51,641 bases of DNA from Cyanophora paradoxa CCMP329 (Eukaryota; Plantae; Glaucophyta), in assembly GCA_004431415.1 (NCBI GenBank), contig QPMI01000215.1, forward strand, positions 1-51,641, read 5' to 3'. A model generated the notes under the pieces. It had not been told where the DNA came from and searched no databases. It saw only the letters and a list, made by a program, of their open reading frames with translations. The position numbers were made by a program, and so were the translations under genes. Below are positions 32,523 to 41,899 of this stretch, piece after piece; positions within the stretch are counted from its first letter, which is position 1; each line of letters opens with the position of its first letter.

Positions 32523-33605
32523 ATGCCCCGCATCAAGGTGGGAAAATGATCATGAAAGCCCGCTGAATTCATATCTGCGATTCTTAGTTCTTTCGAGTTC
32601 GTTCATTGTAATTATATTTTGCAGCAAACTGCCAAGCGTGGCACCGGAAACAAGGCCCCGCGAAAGGCATTCAAGAGCTCCGGCGCCAGCGGCCTCAAGA
32701 CCAAAGCCGCGCGGAAAAAGGCTGTGGGCGAGGGCGGAGTGAGAAAGCCGTTCCGGTCGGCCTGCTCTCTTCCCTACGTTTTATTTTGAAGAGAAAGTCC
32801 CGGCACGTGAGAATCGCTCGCTCGCGCAGCCATCGCCCTGGGACGGTGGCAAAGCGCGAAATTGTGAAGTACGTTCAATGTTTTTTATTTCACTCTTGTT
32901 TAAATCTATTTAGATCTGTGACAAATAAATTCTGAATGAAACCCCGCTCCTGTTCAGGTACCAGAAGACCTACAATGCCCTCATTCCGCTGGCCCCGTTC
33001 GGCCGCCTGGTACGTGTGGGGGCCCTTCAAAACTTGAAACTATCCTCTGCCGCCCGAGCCCTGTGCCCTGCTGTGCGGCGCGTGCACGTGCGCAGGTGCG
33101 CGAGCTCACGGCCGCGATGATCAAGGAAGACGTGGAGGCCGGTCTTCGTGAACAATCTGTTAACTTTCGGTTCACAAAGGTGCGCGCCCGTGCCGCAGTG
33201 CCGGGCGCGGGGGGGTGCGAATAGCTGGCTGATTAGTATTTCATGTCTTGCAGGACACTATCCAAGCCATTCGCGAGGCCGCCGAGGCGCACATCATTCG
33301 CTGGTTCGAGGGTGGTGTCCTCGCGGCCAAGCACCGCAAGCGAGTCACGGTCGGGTGCGCACGCGTAAGGTCTTGCCCTATTTTTGATTACAAATGCTGC
33401 AGTGCCTCTTCCGTCCCTTGATTATAACTATAATTATAAGCATGGCTTAAGCTCCCTCTGCCAGGCTGCTTCTTTAATTATAATGTCACGCTCGGATTGA
33501 TGCTAATCGCGACTGTCCTGATCCTTGAATTTGGACAGCCCTGCAGACACGGATCTTGCGCGACGCTTGAAGGGAGACACGGCGGCCGACACCGAGAGCG
33601 CCTGA
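32523..33605 (+). CDS. Divergent histone H3 variant, 162 aa, 7 exons (CenH3-like fold features, H3-like tail)
   Basis: Exons 32523-32537, 32625-32755, 32830-32868, 32958-33009, 33096-33179, 33254-33354, 33539-33605 (all GT-AG, total 489 nt) give MPRIKQTAKRGTGNKAPRKAFKSSGASGLKTKAARKKAVGEGGVRKPFRHRPGTVAKREIVKYQKTYNALIPLAPFGRLVRELTAAMIKEDVEAGLREQSVNFRFTKDTIQAIREAAEAHIIRWFEGGVLAAKHRKRVTVGPADTDLARRLKGDTAADTESA*. Confidence 0.93.
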
Positions 33606-34040
33606 AGCTTAAAATCGCGATAGAGACTCTGAGACAAATAGCTAGAATGCCGCCACCACGAGTTCTGGTCATGATCACGGTCACTTATTTACCAATTGCA
33701 AGTCAGTGATCATGAGCCGCCCTAGGCCTCGTCACGGCATGGCAGAATCGGGTGCTTAAGCTTGCAATCGATATCGATACTATGATAACACGTGAGCACT
33801 GAGCGCAGAAAGTCACACGGATCATAAAAGCACACTACGTACTGCACAGATCAGAAATCTACAAGTCTAGAGCGCGGGGAACATCGCATCAAATAGTCAA
33901 CTAGGGCCTAGCTATAGGCTTCACTCTAGATCTAGATCTTACTAAAGAGCCAGAAAGAGAGAGGGCCAGATTATTTAGATGATTGAAACGAAAAGGCTAA
34001 ACTCTAAACAGCGTATAACGTGTGCTATTTTCGTTGCCGG

Positions 34041-36374
34041 TCAGTCGCCTTTGGCGCCGGCCTCGCCGGCGCCTTCGGCGGCCCCTTCCTCGCCCGACGC
34101 CTCGCTCTGCTCGTCCCCGTCCCCGTCCCCGTCGCTCTCGCCGGCCTCCCGAAGCTCCAGCACCGAGCCGTCAAAGACAAAGCCCTTGGCGCGCTGCACC
34201 TCTTCCGCGAGCCGCTCCCGGATCTGGTCCGCCCCCTCTTTCGTGCAGCCCTTCAGGAGCGGGAGGCAGCTGACAAAGTCGACGACCGATATGCCGCTCC
34301 CGCAGACGCGCGCCAGGCCAGGGAACCTCGTGAGCGTCTCTCCCAGCGCGCGGAGGTCGTTGTAGATCTCGGACTGCGCGAGCCTCCGGTGAGCGACGTT
34401 GAAAGCACGCCGGGCCGGGCACGCGTGCTTGCAGCTAGCGCTAGGGGGCCCGCCCCCGCCCCCTCCTCCCGCAGGGGAATTCGAAGCGACCTCACCTTTT
34501 GGGCGCTGACCTCGAGGCGAAAGCCGGCCGCCTGGAGGATGTGGTCGTACTTTGCGCAGAGGTGCTCGGCGCGGTAGGCGCCCCAGAGGCGGCGGTTGCG
34601 GCCGTAGCGCTCCGTGTAGGCCTGGTGGACGGCGAGGACGGAGCAGGCGATGAGCATGATGCAGCGGATCCGCTCCCGCCCCGCCTCTTCGATGCGGTTC
34701 AGGAGGGCCGCGCGGGCCTCGGGGCTGGCGTCGATCTGGCGCCCGATGAGCCCCGGGTCGATCCCCGCCTCGAGCCCAAAGTCGTAGGCCTCCAGCGACT
34801 CTGGGTCGAGCCCGCCCTCGCCCTCGCCCCCGCCCCCGGCGGGGCCCTCGGCGAGCTCGTCGGCGTCGTCCGCGCCGCCCTCGGCCCGCTCCGCCTCGGC
34901 GAGGGCCTTGCGCCAGCGCTCCGCGAGCTCCTTGCCCCGCGGGTCCGGCGAGCCGGCGCGCGAGCCGTCCTCCTCGCTGCCCGAGCCGCCGCCGCCGCCC
35001 CCGCCGCCCTCGGGCCCGGCCTCGATGGCGAGGGGGGCCGCCGCCGCCTTGCCCTTGCCCTTGCCCTTGCCGCCGCCGCCGCTGCTGCCGCCGCCGCCGC
35101 CGCCGCTCCCGGCCGAGCTGCCCCCTCCGACTCGGAGCGCGCGTCCTCGTCCTTGGGGCGCGTGTACGCGTTGTAGAGGACGCGGATGAGCTTGTCCGAC
35201 TCCCACTCCTTGCGGCGGTCGCGCCCGGCGCCCCACTTGCTCCGCGCCGCCCGCCGCGCCGGCTTCGAGGGGCCGGCGCCCGAGCCGGACCCGGGGCCGG
35301 CGCCCTGCGCCGAGGCCGACGCCGACGCCGCCTCGGGTCGGGGGAGCTCGCCGGCTTGGGCGGGCGCAGCGTCTTGCGCCGCTCCAGCGCCCGCTCCTCG
35401 GCGCCGTCCTCCCCCTCTTCCTGCTCGGCCGCCGACTCGCCCCGCGCCGGGCCCTTGGTCGACGTCGCGGCGCGCTTGGCGCGCGATCGCGAGGGCCCGG
35501 TGGCCGGCCCCTCCTCCTCCTTCTCCTCCCCCTCCTCCTCGGCGGCCGGGCCCGGGCCCAAGGCGGCGCCCTTTTCCTTGCGCTTCTTGCCGCCCTGGGC
35601 CTTGGCGCCCGCGGCCGGCTCCCCCGGGGCCAGGGGGGCGGCCGCCGGCGCCGGCGGCTGGGCGGCGGGCGCGGATCCGTCGGACGGGGCGGCGGCTCGG
35701 GGGCCAGAGCCGGAGCCCGAGCTCGGGCCCGCCCCGGCGGGGCCGCGGGGGCCGGGGCGGGCCGCCGCCGGCGGCGGCGGCGGGGCGCGGGCCTGGGCGG
35801 CGGCCGCCTGGAAGCGCTCGAGGGCGTACGTGAGCGCCGTGCGGAGGCAGAGGTCGCCGGAGATCCACGAGGCGGCAAAGGCGGCGTCGTCGATGTAGGC
35901 GAGAAAGGAAAAGAGGGCGTCGATGCGGGAGCTGCAGACGAGGCCCGAGGCGGCCGGGTGGGGGTCGCCGCAGCTGGGGCAGGTGAAGAGGGGCGGCGAG
36001 GCGCCGCCCTCGGCGCTGACGGAGAGGAGGGTGAGGGCGCAGCTGAGGCAGACGAACGAGCCGGTCGAGTTGAACTTGAGGTCGTCGAGGGCGGGGCGCG
36101 GGTGGGCGTCCAGGGCCTCGTTGACGGACGATGCGCCGGTCTTGGCGAGGAGGCGGGCGGCGGCGCAGGAGAGGAGGATCGGGGGGAGGATGCGCTCCGA
36201 CTTGCAGCGGGCGCAGGCCGGGCGGCAGGAGAGGAGCGGGTCCCGCCCCAGGCTGATGAACGCGGGGAGGCTGACCTTGGCCGGCCGCGAGTCGAGGGGC
36301 GGGCAGCCGGACGCGCCGCCCGCCGCGCCCCGCGGGCTCGTCACCTGGGCCCCCGACGCCGGCTGCGACGCCAT
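34041..36374 (-). CDS. Intron-poor ORFan: N-terminal Cys-rich (RING/Zn-finger-like) region, low-complexity middle, helical C-terminal domain; two apparent frameshifts
   Basis: CRPACARC..LSC..VCLSC..FTCPSCGDPH; frameshifts near 35340-35380 and 35120 in G/C runs; one intron 34374-34495 joins VSAQK|SEIYNDLRALGETLTRFPGL; TATA-like motif about 85 bp upstream. Confidence 0.6.
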   Translation of the reverse strand: MASQPASGAQVTSPRGAAGGASGCPPLDSRPAKVSLPAFISLGRDPLLSCRPACARCKSERILPPILLSCAAARLLAKTGASSVNEALDAHPRPALDDLKFNSTGSFVCLSCALTLLSVSAEGGASPPLFTCPSCGDPHPAASGLVCSSRIDALFSFLAYIDDAAFAASWISGDLCLRTALTYALERFQAAAAQARAPPPPPAAARPGPRGPAGAGPSSGSGSGPRAAAPSDGSAPAAQPPAPAAAPLAPGEPAAGAKAQGGKKRKEKGAALGPGPAAEEEGEEKEEEGPATGPSRSRAKRAATSTKGPARGESAAEQEEGEDGAEERALERRKTLRPPKPASSPDPRRRRRRPRRRAPAPGPARAPAPRSRRGGRRGASGAPGATAARSGSRTSSSASSTTRTRAPRTRTRAPSRRGQLGRERRRRRRQQRRRRQGQGQGQGGGGPPRHRGRARGRRGRRRRLGQRGGRLARRLAGPAGQGARGALAQGPRRGGAGRGRRGRRRRARRGPRRGRGRGRGRARPRVAGGLRLWARGGDRPGAHRAPDRRQPRGPRGPPEPHRRGGAGADPLHHAHRLLRPRRPPGLHGALRPQPPPLGRLPRRAPLRKVRPHPPGGRLSPRGQRPKGEVASNSPAGGGGGGGPPSASCKHACPARRAFNVAHRRLAQSEIYNDLRALGETLTRFPGLARVCGSGISVVDFVSCLPLLKGCTKEGADQIRERLAEEVQRAKGFVFDGSVLELREAGESDGDGDGDEQSEASGEEGAAEGAGEAGAKGD

Positions 36375-36457
36375 CGCCGGAGGCAGGGGGGAAGGAGGAG
36401 GACCCCGGCAGAAGGGGCCTGCGGGTCTCGTCGGGAGGATCGGGGGGCCGGCGACTC

Positions 36458-36465
36458 CTATATAT
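36458..36465 (-). promoter_or_regulatory. Candidate TATA box of the Zn-finger ORFan
   Basis: Isolated TATATA in a very GC-rich context, about 85-90 bp upstream of the ATG at 36374. Confidence 0.4.
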
Positions 36466-36660
36466 GCCCCATCGGGGCCCGCCGGGATGGGCAAAAGCGG
36501 GCAGACGGGGTGGCGGGGGAGAGGGGAGAGGTACGGTGGGAAGGACGCGTGCCGGGGCGGGGCGGCGGCCGGCGGTGGGCGATGGCCCCGCGGGCCCCAA
36601 CGCCGGCGCGCGGGCCCCGCGGTGGGCGCCGCGAAACGGCGCCCGCCGAGAGTCGTCCGG

Positions 36661-38473
36661 TTTTGACCCGCCCGGTCGATTCCGGCTACGGCGCCTGTAC
36701 CCCTGGGCGGGGCCGCGAGCTCTCGGTGAGACGAGGCGAGCGGCGGGGGACGGGGGAGAAGCGGGGGTACGGACGGACCGGGCCCGCCGCTTATGGCCCG
36801 CCTGGTCGATTCCGGCTACGGCGCCTGTACCCCTGGGCGGGCTCGCGAGCTCTCGGTGAGACGAGGCGAGCGGCCAGAGGGTGCAGGGTACGGACGGACC
36901 GGGCCCCGCCAGTTATGGCCCGCCTGGTCGATTCCGGCTACGGCGCCTGTACCCCTGGGCAGGCCCGCAAGCACGCCGGTGAGACGAGGCGAGCGGCGGG
37001 GGGTGGGGGCGAGCGGGGGTACGGACGGACCGGGCCCCGCCGGTTATGGCCCGCCTGGTCGATTCCGGCTACGGCGCCTGTACCCCTGGACGGGCCCACG
37101 AGCCCTCGGTGAGACGAGGCGAGCGGCCAGAGGGTGCAGGGGAGCGGGGGTACGGACGGACCGGGCCCGCCGCTTAACGCCCGCCTGGTCGATTCCGGCT
37201 ACGGCGCCTGTACCCCTGGGCGGACCGCGGGCTCTCGATGAGACGAGGCGAGCGGCCAGAGGGTGCAGGGGAAGCGGGGGTACGGACGGACCGGGCCCCG
37301 CCGCTTATCGCCCGCCTGGTCGATTCCGGCTACGGCGCCTGTACCCCTGGGCGGGTGCGAGGCTCTTGGTGAGACGCGGCGAGCGGCAAGAGGGTGCGGG
37401 GGAAGCGGGGGGTACGGACGGACCAGGCCCGTCGCTTATCGCCCGCCTGGTCGATTCCGGCTACGGCGCCTGTACCCCTGGGCGGGCCCGCGAGCCCTCG
37501 GTGAGACGCGGCGAGCGGCGGGGGGCGGGGAGAGCGGGGGGTACGGACGGACCAGGCCCGCCGCTTATGGCCCGCCTGGTCGATTCCGGCTACGGCGCCT
37601 GTACCCCTGGGCGGGCTCGCGAGCTCTCGGTGAGACGAGGCGAGCGGCCAGAGGGTGCAGGGTACGGACGGACCGGGCCCCGCCGGTTATGGCCCGCCTG
37701 GTCGATTCCGGCTACGGCGCCTGTACCCCTGGGCGGGCCCGCAAGCACGCCGGTGAGACGAGGCGAGCGGCGGGGGGTGGGGGCGAGCGGGGGTACGGAC
37801 GGACCGGGCCCCGCCGGTTATGGCCCGCCTGGTCGATTCCGGCTACGGCGCCTGTACCCCTGGACGGGCCCACGAGCCCTCGGTGAGACGAGGCGAGCGG
37901 CCAGAGGGTGCAGGGGAGCGGGGGTACGGACGGACCGGGCCCGCCGCTTATCGCCCGCCTGGTCGATTCCGGCTACGGCGCCTGTACCCCTGGGTGGGCC
38001 CGCGAGCACGTCGGTGGGACGAGGCGAGCGGCGGGGGGCGGGGCGAGCAGAGGGCACGGACGGACCGGGTCCGCCGATTATGGCCCGCCTGGTCGATTCC
38101 GGCTACGGCGCCTGTACCCCTGGGCGGACGCGCGAGCTCTCGGTGAGACGCGGCGAGCGGCCAGAGGGTGCGGGGGAAGCGGGGGGTACGGACGGACCAG
38201 GCCCCCGCCGCCTATGGCCCACCTGGTCGATTCCGGCTACGGCGCCTGTACCCCTGGGCGGACGCGCGAGCTCTCGGTGAGACGCGGCGAGCGGCCAGAG
38301 GGTGCGGGGGAAGCGAGGGGTACGGACGGACCAGCCCCCCGCCGCCTATGGCCCACCTGGTCGATTCCGGCTACGGCGCCTGTACCCCTGGGCGGGCCCG
38401 CGAGCCCTCGGTGAGACGCGGCGAGCGGCGGGGGGCGGGGAGAGCGGGGGGTACGGACGGACCAGGCCCGCCG
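36661..38473 (+). repeat. Tandem array A: 14 units of about 122-134 bp
   Basis: Core CCTGGTCGATTCCGGCTACGGCGCCTGTACCCCTGG recurs near 36675, 36805, 36927, 37058, 37188, 37319, 37450, 37579, 37701, 37832, 37962, 38092, 38226 and 38360, with G-rich related linkers. Confidence 0.95.
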
Positions 38474-40019
38474 TGCTCGGGCGCACCCCCACACGAGGCC
38501 CCGGGCGCTCTTGGCTCGCCCGGCGGGCCGGCTGCGGAGGGCTTGGCGTTGGCGGGGAAGCGGATCCAGAGGGGACGCTCGAAGCGGGGCCCTCTCTCGC
38601 CCGCCACGGGCGCGGCGCCCGGCCGGGCCGCGCTCAACCTCGCGATGGACGCCCCGCCGCCGCTTGCGCCGCCGCCGCCGCAGGGCATCGGCCGGCTCCC
38701 CGTGCCGACCGACGTCCCCGCGCCCGGCCTCGCCAGGCCGCTGCCGCGCGTCCCGCCCCCGAGCAGGCGGCCCGAAGCGCACCAGGCGATCCGCTCTGGC
38801 GACGGGGCGCCGCGGCCCGGCGCCGAGGCCTGGGCCGGTTGAGCGCCGGCCGGCTCCGGCGGGGCGGGCCCGGCCGGGGCGCGCGGGCGCGCGTAGGCAT
38901 GAGCCGCTTTGGATTCGAACTGAACGCAGGAAGAGCTCGCGGGCGCGCAAAAACTTAATCCGGCGTCGGCGCCCTGCGGGCCGGGGCGAGGGACATGTAC
39001 AGAGGCATGCGCACGTCAGCCGCGGCGGATCGAAAGTTGCCTGCGGGCCGCGGCCGCCGAGCAGGCTACGACCGACGGGAGGCGCATGAACCGCACGGGT
39101 AGCTGGAACCGCCGGAGGCGTGGCTCTAGATCTCTCGGGAGAGCAGAAGGGAGGCTCGCGGCTCGGGCGCGTCCGAGCGCCCGCACGAGCGCGGCTCGGG
39201 TCCGCTGCTCTCTGTGCGTGGGATCGCTGTGGCTCTAGCGTGCTTTTCCGCCCGGCGGTGGAAATGCGTGTACCCAGAGACTCGCCGCAGCCGTGCGGCT
39301 GGAGCCTGGAGGCTCGAGCACGCGCACCGCGTGCCGCCAGCTGCCGCCGCAGCTCGGCGAGCGCGTGCACGCACGCTGGCCCAAAGCGCAGCTCTTTCGG
39401 GGGGGGGGGGGCCAGTTTGCAACGTTTCGATCGTGCGACATCGCACCATCGAATTTCAACAGCACGCCGCGTCGCGCGAGTGCCCTCTGGCGCAGTCCTT
39501 GGCTCCTGTTGAGCTCGAAAATCGCGTCGGCGCCCGCCCGGCTCGTGCTCGGGTCGGGCGCAGTCACTGAGTCGAAGATCCCATGGCCATGGCTAGCGAT
39601 CGATCCGCAGCGCCCCTCCGATGCCTCTCCGGCCCACAAGCTCACGTATGCGTGCCCTATTCGCACATGCTGGGCACCCGAGCTCGGCGCGCACGGCGCC
39701 GCGCTCGGGCGGTAGCGCAGACGCAGCCGGAGCCCAAGCGCACTTTCCGCGCTTTTCCGCCTGCGCGCCTCCGGCCGTCGATATCGATCGGTCCCGCGGC
39801 CGCCGCGTGCGGCGCCGGCGCGCAGCGTGCGGACCCGCGCGCTTCTCCGCCACACCCTCGCGAAGCGCTACGCGGGGAGGAGTGCGGGCGCACCGGGTCC
39901 GGCGAGCAAGACGATCACCGAGTCGGCCGGCACCGCGCTCGGTCCGCTTCTTCGGGCTGCAGCGAGCCCCGCCCCCTTTTCCTCGGCCCGCTGCCCCGCT
40001 CCGCGCGGCCCCTCGCGCG

Positions 40020-41213
40020 CCCCCCGCCCTCGTTGCTCCTTCGGCGGCCCGCACGGCCCGCGGCAGCTGGCCCGCAGTAGGGGCCCGGCCTGGTCGATTC
40101 CGGCTACGGTGTGTGTACCCCTTAGGCCTCTCGGCCCCTTTGAGCGCCCCGCCCCTCGCTTATTCGGCGGCCCGCACGGCCCGCGGCAGCTGGCTCGCAG
40201 TAGAGGCGGCCTGGTCGATTCCGCCTACGGTGTGTGTACCCCTTAGGCCTCTCGCCCCCTTCGAGCGCCCCCCGCCCTCGCTCACTCGGCGGCCCGTACG
40301 GCCCGCCGCAGCTGGCTCGCAGTAGGGGCGGCCTGGTCGATTCCGCCTACGGTGTGTGTACCCCTTAGGCCCCCTCGCCCCCCCTCGAGCGCCCCCGCCC
40401 TCGCTCACTCGGCGGCCCGTACGGCCCGCGGCAGCAGGCTCGCAGTAGGGGCGGCCTGGTCGATTCCGGCTACGGTGTGTGTACCCCTTAGGCCTCTCGC
40501 CCCCTTCGAGCGCCCCCCGCCCTCGCTCACTCGGCGGCCCGTACGGCCCGCCGCAGCTGGCTCGCAGTAGGGGCGGCCTGGTCGATTCCGGCTACGGTGT
40601 GTGTACCCCTTAGGCCCCCTCGCCCCCCCTTGTGCGCCTCCGCCCTTGCTCACTCGACGACCCGTACGGCCCGCGGCAGCAGGCTCGCAGTAGGGGCGGC
40701 CTGGTCGATTCCGGCTACGGTGTGTGTACCCCTTAGGCCTCTCGCCCCCTTCGAGCGCCCCCCGCCCTCGCTCACTCGGCGGCCCGCACGGCCCGCCGCA
40801 GCTGGCTCGCAGCAGGGGCGGCCTGGTCGATTCCGGCTACGGTGTGTGTACCCCTTAGGCCCCTCGCCCCCCCTTGTGCGCCTCCGCCCTCGCTCGCTCG
40901 ACGACCCGTACGGCCCGCGGCAGCAGGCTCGCAGTAGGGGCGGCCTGGTCGATTCCGGCTACGGTGTGTGTACCCCTTAGGCCTCTCGCCCCCTTCGAGC
41001 GCCCCCGCCCTCGCTCACTCGGCGGCCCGCACGGCCCGCCGCAGCTGGCTCGCAGTAGGGGCGGCCTGGTCGATTCCGGCTACGGTGCGTGTACCCTCCA
41101 ACGCGCCCCCCCCGCCCCCCCGCCCTCGCTCACTCGGCGGCCCGTACGGATCGCAGCAGCTGGCTCGCAGTAGGGGCGGCCTGGTCGATTCCGGCTACGG
41201 TGCGTGTACCCCT
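40020..41213 (+). repeat. Tandem array B: 10 units of about 122 bp, same core as A, different C-rich linker
   Basis: Core CCTGGTCGATTCCG[G/C]CTACGGTGTGTGTACCCC near 40093, 40214, 40336, 40459, 40581, 40704, 40826, 40948, 41069 and 41184. Confidence 0.95.
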
Positions 41214-41254
41214 GCTAACGCTGTCGTTTGCCTTTCCTCTCGACCCACCCCTTC

Positions 41255-41749
41255 GCGCGCTTCCGCACCCTCCGACCGCTCGCCCCCGTCTCTCAAAGAG
41301 CTCGCGCACCCGCCCAGGGGTACAGGCGCCGTAGCCGGAATCGACCAGGCGGGCCATAAGCGGCGGGCCTGGTCCGTCCGTACCCCCGCTCCCCCCGCAC
41401 CCTCTGGCCGCTCGCCTCGCCTCACCGACGTGCTCGCGGGCCCGCCCAGGGGTACAGGCGCCGTAGCCGGAATCGACCAGGCGGGCCATAAGCGGCGGGG
41501 CTCGGTTTGTCCGTACCCCCCCGCTTCCCCCGAACCCTCTGGCCGCTCGCCGCGTCTCACCGAGAGCTCGCGCGTCCGCCCAGGGGTACAGGCGCCGTAG
41601 CCGGAATCGACCAGGCGGGCGATAAGCGGCGGGGCTCGGTTCGTCCGTACCCCCGCTCTCCCCGCCCCCCGCCGCCCGCCTCGTCCCACCAGAGAGCTCG
41701 TGGGCCCGTCGGGGGTACAGGCGCCGTAGCCGGAATCGACCAGGCGGGC
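41255..41749 (-). repeat. Tandem array C: 4 units, inverted copy of array A
   Basis: GGGGTACAGGCGCCGTAGCCGGAATCGACCAGGCGGG (reverse complement of the A core) four times at about 133-bp spacing, with reverse-complement A linkers. Confidence 0.93.
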
Positions 41750-41899
41750 TATCTGTCAGCAGGGCCGGCCCGCACCATCTCCTCGAGCTCCCCCCTTTTC
41801 CGCTATGGTTCCACGCCCGGCTCGGTTGTGATTCCGATCGCGATCAACTCAAACCCGCGCCCTGAACGCCAACTGTACATCTGCCTAGCTTCCTAGCTA

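Noticed and set aside
36670-36695. Similarity of CCTGGTCGATTCCGGC to the 18S rRNA 5' end (CCTGGTTGATCCTGCC)
   Set aside because: The match is short and nothing downstream resembles rRNA.
36793-38414. Repeat-protein ORFs (ARLVDSGYGACTPGR...)
   Set aside because: Unit lengths are mostly not multiples of 3, so the peptide cycles through frames; the open frames reflect GC-rich repeats lacking stops.
36661-38473. Tandem tRNA genes
   Set aside because: Only a T-arm-like piece is present; I could not build an acceptor stem, D-arm or anticodon arm.
40115-40125. Telomeric repeat (CCCTTAGG in array B)
   Set aside because: It occurs once per unit, not as tandem telomeric repeats.
36661-41749. CRISPR array (constant core with variable intervening sequence)
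   Set aside because: The intervening sequences are about 90-100 bp and homologous to one another, there are no cas genes, and the context is eukaryotic.
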